DNA of 64,000 nt from NCBI GenBank assembly GCA_044868145.1, contig JBIOWE010000004.1, positions 137,395 through 201,394 on the forward strand, written 5' to 3'. Each line of letters starts with the position of its first letter. The first letter of the stretch is position 1. Below, piece after piece: positions 49,925 to 58,988 of the stretch. The notes beneath the pieces are model-generated. The model had not been told where the DNA came from. It made no database searches and saw nothing but the letters and a program-made list of their open reading frames with translations. Source of the DNA: Patescibacteria group bacterium. GTDB lineage: Bacteria > Patescibacteriota > Patescibacteriia > UBA10025 > JBIOWE01. The position numbers and the translations under genes are program-made.

Positions 49925-51151
49925 ATGCAACTGGCTGTTCTTTTGCACATCTACCAACCGCCGGGCCAGGATCCGCGTATCATCCGCAAAGTACATCGTG
50001 AAAGTTACGACAAAATCGTTCGTATTCTTGAACACAATAACAGCGCGAAAATCACACTCAACATTCCAGGATCCCTGACGAAACAATTAATCGCTCTCGG
50101 GCAACGAAGCTTTATCCGACGTATCGCTGCACTGGCGAAGGCTGGACAAATCGAGTTCACCGGAAGCGCCATGTATCATCCGATTCTCCCTCTTTTGCCT
50201 AAGCGCGAAGTCGTGCGTCAAGTTCACGAGAATGAGCGTATGAATCGCAAGGCGTTCGGAAAAACATTCGTGCCAAAAGGATTTTTTCTGCCCGAGCTTG
50301 CATATAGTCATGGTGCTGCAAAAATCATTCAGCTGCTCGGCTATCAATGGTTAATTCTTGATGAAATTGCATTTGCCGGGAAGTTACCTGATCACGGCAT
50401 TCAATTTAATGCTCCATACCGGATCGCGGGCACAAAGCTTAAGGTATTTTTTCGCAATCGAAAAATGAGCGATCTCTTTTTCGCCAAGGAGATAAAAACA
50501 AAAAACGACTTTTTTCGAGCAATAGAGCCCTCGCAAACAAGCCAAAACATTGTTACAATTGCATGTGACGGGGAACTCTTCGGGCATCACCACCCACGGC
50601 TTGATCGAGTCCTGGCGGAACTGTTTTCCGACGAACGACTCCAGCCCATTCTCTACTCTAGCTTGCAAAGAACACACCGAGCGCCAATACGTCCAAAAGA
50701 ATCGAGCTGGTCTGCTAAACCGTCAGAGCTGCGCCACGGCACACCATTTGCCCTTTGGAAGGACCCGGCAAACCCTATTCACACCGTTCTCTGGAAAATA
50801 ACATTCTCTTGCCTCCAAGCATTTCAACGTGCGAAACGCGTGACTGCGGCCGCGCGCGCTGAACTCGACCGCGCGCTCCATTCAGACCAGTATTGGTGGG
50901 CATCCGCCATGCCATGGTTTCATGTCGACATGATTGAACAGGGAATGGATATGTTTTTACGAAGCCTTCGCCTCCTCCCAGCATCACCATCGACCATCGC
51001 ACGCGTCCTCGCTCTTCGGAAAGATGCAACCCAGCAGGCACGATCGTGGCTTAAAAGCGGCTACGCGCAAAAACGCGCAGCGCGGTATCTTAGAGCTGAA
51101 CCGTATACAAGAATGTTTGGAGGTAAACAGATGAAGAGTACTAAGAAATAA
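49925..51151 (+). CDS. Glycoside hydrolase family 57
   Basis: HIYQP, HPILPL, FLPE, DGELFGHH, SDQYWW. Confidence 0.85.
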   Translation: MQLAVLLHIYQPPGQDPRIIRKVHRESYDKIVRILEHNNSAKITLNIPGSLTKQLIALGQRSFIRRIAALAKAGQIEFTGSAMYHPILPLLPKREVVRQVHENERMNRKAFGKTFVPKGFFLPELAYSHGAAKIIQLLGYQWLILDEIAFAGKLPDHGIQFNAPYRIAGTKLKVFFRNRKMSDLFFAKEIKTKNDFFRAIEPSQTSQNIVTIACDGELFGHHHPRLDRVLAELFSDERLQPILYSSLQRTHRAPIRPKESSWSAKPSELRHGTPFALWKDPANPIHTVLWKITFSCLQAFQRAKRVTAAARAELDRALHSDQYWWASAMPWFHVDMIEQGMDMFLRSLRLLPASPSTIARVLALRKDATQQARSWLKSGYAQKRAARYLRAEPYTRMFGGKQMKSTKK

Positions 51152-51156
51152 ATCCA

Positions 51157-52539
51157 ATGTATTGGGCAAACTTCCTCCATATTTATCAGCCGCCAACGCA
51201 AAAGGAATTTTGGGTGAAAAAAATTGCGAACGAAAGTTATCGCAAAATCATTGACGGGTTCAAAAAAAATCCCCGCACAAAGGCTACCTTAAACATTAAC
51301 GCGGTACTCACCGAGTTGTTTGCGAAGTACAACTGTCAAGACGTGATTGACGGGTTGCGCGCACTTGCGGAAAAAGGCCAGATCGAATTTACAGCGAGTG
51401 CAAAATACCACCCTTTTCTTCCCATGATGCCGAGGGCTGAAATCGAGCGGCAAATAATTCTCAACACGAAGACCAACAAAAAATATTTTGGACCGGTGTA
51501 CAATCCCATAGGATTTTTTCCTCCGGAAATGGCGTACAGCAAAGCGGTGGCTGAGGTCGTCGCAAAAATGAAGTTTCGCTGGCTTATTCTTGATGAGCTC
51601 GCCTACTCCGGAAAAATCAAGGATATTGACTGGCGCAGTCTCTACACGATCAAAGGGTTTGATGGCCTAAACGTATTCTTTCGAGAGCGTGAAGCGAGCT
51701 TTCGTATTCTCTCCGCGGAAGTGGGCATGAGTGTTTTTACGGGCAACATGTTAGTGAAATTGCTCGGTGACCGCGTCCGCCAAAACGAATACCTTATTAC
51801 GGCAATGGACGGCGAAACCTTCGGCCATCATCGTCCCGGACTCGAGATGCTGCTGTTTGATCTGTATACCGTACGAGAGCTCGAACCCATTACCATCTCC
51901 GAATTGTTAAACCGCTTCACGATGACCAAAGCTGTTGAACCGCGCCCATCAAGCTGGGCGCTGATGAAGCGTGACATCGAACAAAACACGCCCTATTCCC
52001 GGTGGAAAGACAAAGACAATGTCATTCAGGCACTCCAATGGAAATTGACGAGTCTTGCCATAAAGACTCTGCATCAACTGCCAAAGACGAACCGTCAATT
52101 TCCAAAAATTCGCGCTGAACTCGACCGCGCGCTCCATTCAGACCAGTATTGGTGGGCGTCCGCCATGCCATGGTGGAGTATTGAAATGATCGAAGCAGGA
52201 GCAAAAGAGCTGCGCGACGTTGTTCTGCACTCACCCAAAGCTTCAAAAAGTGATAAAGAGCGAGCGAACAAATTGTACCAAGACATTTTGTACAAAAGCT
52301 TTGACTGGCAGCGATCCGGTAAAGTAGAGGTTCTTGCGAAACAAGCCGACGAAGACGTAACGCAACGCATTACCAAAGACATTCCATACATTCCGATTGA
52401 CGAATTCAATGCCATGGTGGAAAATCTTGAAACGCAAATGAAGCAAGCAGCGTCCAGCAAAGAATATGAACGAGCCGCCCAAATTCGCGATCGCGTGAAG
52501 GAACTCAATGAGAAAAAAGATCAAATAACAAAACAGTAA
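51157..52539 (+). CDS. Glycoside hydrolase family 57 with C-terminal UVR coiled coil
   Basis: HIYQP, FPPE, DGETFGHH; tail MKQAASSKEYERAAQIRD. Confidence 0.88.
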   Translation: MYWANFLHIYQPPTQKEFWVKKIANESYRKIIDGFKKNPRTKATLNINAVLTELFAKYNCQDVIDGLRALAEKGQIEFTASAKYHPFLPMMPRAEIERQIILNTKTNKKYFGPVYNPIGFFPPEMAYSKAVAEVVAKMKFRWLILDELAYSGKIKDIDWRSLYTIKGFDGLNVFFREREASFRILSAEVGMSVFTGNMLVKLLGDRVRQNEYLITAMDGETFGHHRPGLEMLLFDLYTVRELEPITISELLNRFTMTKAVEPRPSSWALMKRDIEQNTPYSRWKDKDNVIQALQWKLTSLAIKTLHQLPKTNRQFPKIRAELDRALHSDQYWWASAMPWWSIEMIEAGAKELRDVVLHSPKASKSDKERANKLYQDILYKSFDWQRSGKVEVLAKQADEDVTQRITKDIPYIPIDEFNAMVENLETQMKQAASSKEYERAAQIRDRVKELNEKKDQITKQ

Positions 52540-52543
52540 TACC

Positions 52544-53533
52544 ATGCGAAAAGAAACTCCGGCGTTGCGAAAAAAACGCCTGGCTGAAGCTCAACGCGTT
52601 ATTGAAGGTATCATCGCAAGAGAACACGTACGCGTTCAGGACATCATGCGCAACGGCCCGCGCTATTACATCGCCTGGGGGACGCGCGGTGCGCAGCGCG
52701 TCGTTTTTAAAATATGTCTGTTTACAGACACGGTTGATCATTTGACCAATGAAAAATTCAGTCGGGAAATTCTCTTTTTACATTTTCTCGCGACATCGCA
52801 TCACGCAACTGTCCGGGCTGGCGCACCACGACTCATGAACCACGGCATCCGTCCGCGCGCATGGTATGTTCGAGAATTCCTGTCTGGCAAACAGCAAAAC
52901 CGAGGCGGAAGCGTGCGATACGCCCCGTCGTTTTTCCAACTATCAACCGTGCGCTGGATAGTCCGATTCTTCTGGTCATTGCAAGCGATTCAAAAACGCG
53001 AGTTACCCGCGTCGTTTCTCCGGTTGCTCTATCTTCCAGACTTAACGCACGACCTTATGAAATTTATGCGGCCGCATTGGCGCCTCATCGGGCAATTTGT
53101 CGGCCAACAAGGCGTGAGTAAACAGATTATTCGCTACCTTCAAAGCAAAGGCGCGCGCTACAACAACGCGCCACGCGTTCTGGCGCATCAAGAGCCGTAC
53201 GCCGACCACTTTTTAAAAATCCGAGGTGGCTTTCACCTTATCGATTGGGAAAATATCGGCTGGAGTAACCCGCTCCATGATATTGTAACGATTTGGATGC
53301 GTGCTGCATCACGGCCCGATTGGCAACGCGCTTTGTATCGTTCATTCAAGAAGCGATCCGGAAGCCCAGCGTGGTTTGATGAATTATGGGAAATCGAAAC
53401 GATGATTCAGTCCGTATTCAATATCATTAGCTATCATTTCTATCCGCACAAAAAGGATCTCCGGGAACTTACGCTTTTTTCCAAAAAGAATGTTCATCAA
53501 ATTCTTTCCAACGCATTTCACCCGACACCATGA
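52544..53533 (+). CDS. APH/choline-kinase-like phosphotransferase
   Basis: VFK, LAHQEPYADHF (degenerate HGD..N loop), LIDWE. Confidence 0.65.
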   Translation: MRKETPALRKKRLAEAQRVIEGIIAREHVRVQDIMRNGPRYYIAWGTRGAQRVVFKICLFTDTVDHLTNEKFSREILFLHFLATSHHATVRAGAPRLMNHGIRPRAWYVREFLSGKQQNRGGSVRYAPSFFQLSTVRWIVRFFWSLQAIQKRELPASFLRLLYLPDLTHDLMKFMRPHWRLIGQFVGQQGVSKQIIRYLQSKGARYNNAPRVLAHQEPYADHFLKIRGGFHLIDWENIGWSNPLHDIVTIWMRAASRPDWQRALYRSFKKRSGSPAWFDELWEIETMIQSVFNIISYHFYPHKKDLRELTLFSKKNVHQILSNAFHPTP

Positions 53534-54402
53534 GTAGCATTGACTTGCATATTCATTCTGTATATTCCGAAGGCGCGCTATCGTGTCGTCAAATCGTTGA
53601 GCGCGCAAAACAACATGACATCTCCGTGATTGCGCTCACGGACCATAACGTCCTTGATGGAAATCAAGAAATGATGGACGAAGGCGAGCGGGCCGGGCTA
53701 ACGATTCTCTCCGGCGTTGAGATTTATAGCGAGTTTGAAAGTAAACAATTACACCTGCTCGGCTACAATTTTCGCCTGGAGCAATCACCACTTACAGATG
53801 CTTTGAGTAAACTGCAACTGGAGCACGCGTCACGCGTACGCGTTGCGCTCAATCAGTTCGCATCACAAGGCTTTCGGGTCGAACCAGACCACCTCTTTGA
53901 TTCGCCATCAAAGTACCTTGGCTTTTCGCATATTTTTTCTCATCTTGAGCAGTGGCCGGAAAACGTGGAACGAATCGCCACGGACATCGGTTCTCGTCAA
54001 GCGACATTGTTTCAAAAAATTGACGCCTACTTTGGTCCGGGACGTCTTTGCTCACTACCGCAATCAACGCTCCCCATCGAACAAGCGATTCAACTCGTGC
54101 ACGGCGGAGGCGGCATTGCGGTGCTCGCACACCCTGGGCAACAATTGCTTTGGACCAACGACCATATCATTGCGCAGCTGAAAACAAAGGGTCTGGATGG
54201 AATCGAAGTGTTCTCACCATACCACACCTGGCATCACATTGAACACTACCTGAAGTTAGCAAGCGCCTTGGGACTTCACATAACCGGAGGGTCGGATTAT
54301 CATTCCAACTTTTTCCCTGTCGACGCGCCTATTCAAAATCAATGGGACTATTTTCGCGTACCAATGAGCGTTTATGAACAACTAAAGCCATCATTACAAT
54401 GA
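53530..54402 (+). CDS. PHP-domain phosphoesterase
   Basis: DLHIHS..SEG, TDH, LAHP, GGSDYH. Confidence 0.9.
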   Translation: MSSIDLHIHSVYSEGALSCRQIVERAKQHDISVIALTDHNVLDGNQEMMDEGERAGLTILSGVEIYSEFESKQLHLLGYNFRLEQSPLTDALSKLQLEHASRVRVALNQFASQGFRVEPDHLFDSPSKYLGFSHIFSHLEQWPENVERIATDIGSRQATLFQKIDAYFGPGRLCSLPQSTLPIEQAIQLVHGGGGIAVLAHPGQQLLWTNDHIIAQLKTKGLDGIEVFSPYHTWHHIEHYLKLASALGLHITGGSDYHSNFFPVDAPIQNQWDYFRVPMSVYEQLKPSLQ

Positions 54403-55853
54403 GCTTGCGTGTTCTCTTCATGGCCGCGGAATTAACGCCGCTCGCGAAAGTCGGTGGGCTTTCGGATGTTGTGGGCGCGCTTCCTCAAGCACTGCGAAAA
54501 ATTGGCGTAGACGCGCGAATCGTTATCCCGAAATACAACAGCATTGAGGTTGATCAGTACCCAATGAAACGTCTCGGCGTCGTGTCCGATATTCCATTTA
54601 ACAACCGGCGAGAGTTTGTGACAGTGTATGAAGCCCAATTGCCTGGGACTGATGCGCCCGTATACCTTATAGATCATCCGCAGTACCTGAGCGAAGGCGG
54701 AATCTATTTTGAACATTCACCGAAAAAAGACGATCCCGCAGCGCAAATCGACCGGTTTCTCTTTTTCAGCCGTAGTTGCCTTGCGCTCCCGAAACTTATT
54801 GACTTTTCTCCTGACGTTCTGCATGTCCACGACTGGCACGCGGCAATCGTCCCCGCATTGCTGCCATTCGTTTGGGGCAAAGCAAAACGCCCGGCGTGCG
54901 TCCTGACCGTGCATAACCTCGCGCTTCAAGGAGTCTACAACGAGCAGTATGTTCGTACTCTTCTCGAGCTGCCGAAACGCGAATCATTACATCCAAAGAA
55001 CGGTGAAGTGAATTGTTTGCGAGAAGGTATTTTAACCACCGATATGCTCACCACGGTTTCACCAACATATGCGAAGGAAATGCTTACGCCCGAGTACGGA
55101 TGTGGCCTTGAGCAAACTATTGCTGAACGGCAAGATGCATTGGTAGGAATTCTCAACGGCATTGATACCACGCGCTTTAACCCCGCGACGGATCCTGCGC
55201 TCGCGGCGCGCTATAGCGCGGTTGACGTATCGGGGAAGATGCAATGCAAATCGCAACTGCAGAAACTCTGCGGCTTCCATGTGCAAAAAAATACGCCCCT
55301 GCTTGGCATGGTGTCGCGCCTAACGGACCAAAAGGGCATTGACCTTATTCTCGTCGCCATCAAGTCTCTCGTCAAACGTGGAGCACAAATCGTTCTCCTT
55401 GGCAGCGGCGAACAACGCTATGAGGAGGCGTTCACCGTCGCTGCACAGAAATACCGATCGCAAGTGTTTGCCCGCATTGGGTTCTTCGCGCCATTTGCAC
55501 AAAAAATTTACGCGGGCGCAGATATACTTCTGATGCCATCCCGATTCGAGCCGTGCGGGCTTAGCCAAATGATCGCTATGCGATACGGCACCGTACCAGT
55601 CGTCCGTGCTACTGGCGGGCTACGCGACACCGTATCGAACCTTACGGCCGACGGAAAGCGGGGCGAAGGCTTCTCGTTCGATAAATATGACATTTCGGCT
55701 TTTGAAGACGCACTCAATCGGGCGCTCAAACTATATGCAGACAACAAGGCGTGGTATACTATTCAACAGCGAATTATGAAACGAGATTTTTCCTGGGAGT
55801 CTTCGGCGAAGCAATATCTCAGCGTGTACCATCAAGCAATCAAGAAACAATGA
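54399..55853 (+). CDS. glgA: Glycogen synthase (second copy)
   Basis: KVGGLSDV, HDWH, PSRFEPCGL. Confidence 0.92.
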   Translation: MSLRVLFMAAELTPLAKVGGLSDVVGALPQALRKIGVDARIVIPKYNSIEVDQYPMKRLGVVSDIPFNNRREFVTVYEAQLPGTDAPVYLIDHPQYLSEGGIYFEHSPKKDDPAAQIDRFLFFSRSCLALPKLIDFSPDVLHVHDWHAAIVPALLPFVWGKAKRPACVLTVHNLALQGVYNEQYVRTLLELPKRESLHPKNGEVNCLREGILTTDMLTTVSPTYAKEMLTPEYGCGLEQTIAERQDALVGILNGIDTTRFNPATDPALAARYSAVDVSGKMQCKSQLQKLCGFHVQKNTPLLGMVSRLTDQKGIDLILVAIKSLVKRGAQIVLLGSGEQRYEEAFTVAAQKYRSQVFARIGFFAPFAQKIYAGADILLMPSRFEPCGLSQMIAMRYGTVPVVRATGGLRDTVSNLTADGKRGEGFSFDKYDISAFEDALNRALKLYADNKAWYTIQQRIMKRDFSWESSAKQYLSVYHQAIKKQ

Positions 55854-56788
55854 AGTTGGATTTTTTGAATGTAAAAAGCGAGGTTCGACGTGATGAAATT
55901 CACGACCGATTTGTTATTATCGTGCCAAGCCGTTCAGAGCGACCGTCAGACGTGTCATCGCGAGGCCCGGATCCTACGAAAGAGACTCAGTGTCCATTTT
56001 GCCACGAGGAACTTCTACCAAAACCACCCTTATTGATCGTAGGCCCGAAAAAGCAGTGGGAAGTAATGGTCGTGCTCAATAAGTTTCCGGTGGTTAGCCC
56101 CAGGAATGAAAAGGCGTACGGCTATCAAGAGGTAATTATTGAAACTCCCCAGCATAACCGCGAGCTTGCCGATCTGCCGCTCGACCACGTCCTGAAGATA
56201 CTCAAGGTGTATGTCAGCCGCGTCAAAGCAATCATGAACGACAAGAGAATTAAATACATGATTGTGTTTAAAAACCACGGGGGCAAGGCTGGCGCATCGT
56301 TCGCGCACTCTCATTCACAAATCTTTGCATCGGAATTCATCCCACCCCACATTATAAACAAGCTGACGCGCGCGCAAAATTGGCGCATCAAGCACGGCGA
56401 ATGCTACTACTGCAATCTGCGCAAGCGTGAACAACGCGGGCCGCGGCGTATTTTCTCCGATAAGTACTTCTCTGCCTTTACGCCATACGCCTCGATCTAC
56501 AACTACGAAGCGTGGCTCTTTCCCCATCGTCACATCGACAACATTACGCGGATGAGCGAGCCGGAACTGAAAAGCTTGGCGCAGGCATTGATTCGCATAC
56601 TCAAAAAGGTGAACGCCATGGGGCTGCCGTACAATTTTTACTTGCACCAAGCAGCAACGGATTATGATGAGCATTTTTACCTGCGCATTTGTCCACGACG
56701 AGATGTTTGGGCTGGCATTGAGCTTGGTTCGCGTTTAATCATCAACACCGTATCCCCAGAGGCCGCGGCGAAATTTTACCGATCATAA
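55850..56788 (+). CDS. GalT-family nucleotidylyltransferase
   Basis: R..RP, CPFC, NKFP, GAS..HSHSQ. Confidence 0.88.
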   Translation: MKLDFLNVKSEVRRDEIHDRFVIIVPSRSERPSDVSSRGPDPTKETQCPFCHEELLPKPPLLIVGPKKQWEVMVVLNKFPVVSPRNEKAYGYQEVIIETPQHNRELADLPLDHVLKILKVYVSRVKAIMNDKRIKYMIVFKNHGGKAGASFAHSHSQIFASEFIPPHIINKLTRAQNWRIKHGECYYCNLRKREQRGPRRIFSDKYFSAFTPYASIYNYEAWLFPHRHIDNITRMSEPELKSLAQALIRILKKVNAMGLPYNFYLHQAATDYDEHFYLRICPRRDVWAGIELGSRLIINTVSPEAAAKFYRS

Positions 56789-56830
56789 ACCAAAAACAGG
56801 CGGTTTGGTAGGCCTGCTTTTTTTGCAATG

Positions 56831-58018
56831 TTACGCAATGCGTACAAACTTGCGCTTGCCTACTTTGAGGATTGCGCCCGGCGGTGGATTCAGGCTTGAC
56901 TGCCAATCAGTAATTTTCTTTGCGTCGAGGGACACGCCACCTTGTTCAATGAATCTTCGCGCTTCACTCTTGCTGGACGCGAGTCCGGTTTCCACAAGGA
57001 GATCTACGGCTGAGAGTGTTTTTTTCTTCAATCGGACGGACGGCATGCTCGTCGGTGCTTGTTTCTTATGAAATACGGTTGTGAATTCCTTTTCCGCCGA
57101 TAACGCTTCTTTTGTCGAATGCAGTTGAGCGACAATCTCGCGCGCGAGCATTGCTTTGTTCGTCCGAGGGTTTTCGCCCTTTTGAAGGCCGCGCTCCATG
57201 GCCTGGATCTCTTTTGCTGTTTTGTCGGTCAGAAGCGTAAAATACTTGAGTATCAACTTGTCCGGAATAGACATAACCTTGCCGTACATGTCATTCGCTG
57301 GCAGGTCGAGGTCGATCGTGTTGCCTAGGCTCTTGCTCATTTTGCGAGATCCATCCACACCCTCAATAAGAGGACACGTAAGAATATCTTGTGCCAGCTG
57401 ATTATAGTAGGGCTGAATGGTTCGTGCGGCGAGCATATTAAAGGTTTGATCCGTTCCACCAATTTCCACGTCCGCCCTCAACGCGACTGAATCATATCCC
57501 TGGAGCAAAGGATAGAGGAGCTCATGAATCCATAATGGTTTTTTTCGCTTCAACCGTTCCTGGTACATATCGCGTTCAAGCATTTGATTCACGCTAAATA
57601 AACTTGCGAGTTGGAAAAGTTCCGCGAAATCCATGTTGCTGTGCCACTCGTTATTGTAACGTATTTCTATTTTTGAGAGATCGAGAATTTTGCCGACTTG
57701 CTTGCGATACTGTTTCATGTTGTGCTCGATCTCGTTGTTCGACAATGGCTTGCGTTCGGTCAACTTGTCCGATGGATCCCCAATGCGCGCGGTAAACGAA
57801 CCAACCAAAAAAATCGCTTGGTGCCCAAGGGCTTGAAACTCACGGAGCTTGCGGAGCAAAACAACATGTCCGAGATGGAGCTTCGGTGCGGTTGGATCAA
57901 CGCCAAATTTCACGCGTAAGCTTCTGCCGGATGCGAGCTTCTTCGCTAAACTCTGACGTTGGATAATTTGATCTGTGCCGCGTTCGAGCAACCCATCGAT
58001 TTGCTGTTGTTTTCCCAT
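56831..58018 (-). CDS. tyrS: Tyrosine-tRNA ligase
   Basis: GVDPT..LHLGH, GGTDQ, KMSKS, S4 tail. Confidence 0.97.
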   Translation of the reverse strand: MGKQQQIDGLLERGTDQIIQRQSLAKKLASGRSLRVKFGVDPTAPKLHLGHVVLLRKLREFQALGHQAIFLVGSFTARIGDPSDKLTERKPLSNNEIEHNMKQYRKQVGKILDLSKIEIRYNNEWHSNMDFAELFQLASLFSVNQMLERDMYQERLKRKKPLWIHELLYPLLQGYDSVALRADVEIGGTDQTFNMLAARTIQPYYNQLAQDILTCPLIEGVDGSRKMSKSLGNTIDLDLPANDMYGKVMSIPDKLILKYFTLLTDKTAKEIQAMERGLQKGENPRTNKAMLAREIVAQLHSTKEALSAEKEFTTVFHKKQAPTSMPSVRLKKKTLSAVDLLVETGLASSKSEARRFIEQGGVSLDAKKITDWQSSLNPPPGAILKVGKRKFVRIA

Positions 58019-58076
58019 AGGATTTGTTTATAGTATATCGCATTTCTGTTATAATAAGAAGCGCTTTTTGCTATCT

Positions 58077-58979
58077 ATGCCAAAACAATCCATCTTATCA
58101 CTTGACATTGGCGGCACAAAAATTTCTGCCGGACTTGTTGTCGACCGCAGTACAACCGTCAGAGGCAAAACACCTACAACGGTACGTTCTTATCAGTCTC
58201 GCAAGGCTGACGTTCTGGCGGCTATCCACGCAACAATCAAACGGTATCCGCGTGGTGCGTATCGCGCCATCGGTGTCGGCATTACAGGACAAGTGATCTA
58301 CCCGGCCGGCGTTGTAACCCAAAGCCCGAACTTACCGACTGACTGGCGGAACGTGCCCTTACGCGCGATACTTGAGCGCAACTACCGCGTGTCTGTACGG
58401 ATTGATAATGATGCGCACTGCATGGCGCTTGCCGAGGCGATTGTCGGCGCTGGCAAGCGGCACGCGATCGTGCTCGGTGTTACCCTCGGCACTGGCGTTG
58501 GCGTCGGTTTCATGCTACACCAACGTCTGTATCGCGGCGGCCGCGACGCGGTGGAATTCGGCCATATGATTGTGGCCGACACGTCAGAACGATGCAGCTG
58601 CGGTCGTCGAGGTCATTTAGAAGCGCTCGTTTCCGGCAGAGCACTGGAGCGAGCATATGCAGTGCGCTCAGATGAGCGGCGATCAGCAAAAGAAATTGTC
58701 GCGCTTGCCCGTCGTGGCAATAAAATAGCTAAGAGCGTTATGGAAAGCGCCGGAACATACCTTGGCATTGGCCTTGCCAACTGGGTGAACATGCTCAGTC
58801 CAAACATTGTCGTGGTTGGCGGCGGTCTGGGTCAAGCCGCATCGCTTATCGCCCGCGCTCGACGCACAATGAAACCACTTTTACTATTCCCCAATCTCCG
58901 CTCTACCCCAATCGTGCCGGCGACGACCGGAGAAAATGCGGGCCTGCTTGGCGCGAGCCTGCTCTTCAAGCAACGCTGA
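58077..58979 (+). CDS. ROK family sugar kinase
   Basis: DIGGTKI, NDA, GTGVG, EFGH, CSCG..GHLE. Confidence 0.92.
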   Translation: MPKQSILSLDIGGTKISAGLVVDRSTTVRGKTPTTVRSYQSRKADVLAAIHATIKRYPRGAYRAIGVGITGQVIYPAGVVTQSPNLPTDWRNVPLRAILERNYRVSVRIDNDAHCMALAEAIVGAGKRHAIVLGVTLGTGVGVGFMLHQRLYRGGRDAVEFGHMIVADTSERCSCGRRGHLEALVSGRALERAYAVRSDERRSAKEIVALARRGNKIAKSVMESAGTYLGIGLANWVNMLSPNIVVVGGGLGQAASLIARARRTMKPLLLFPNLRSTPIVPATTGENAGLLGASLLFKQR

Positions 58980-58988
58980 TCAGTTTCT

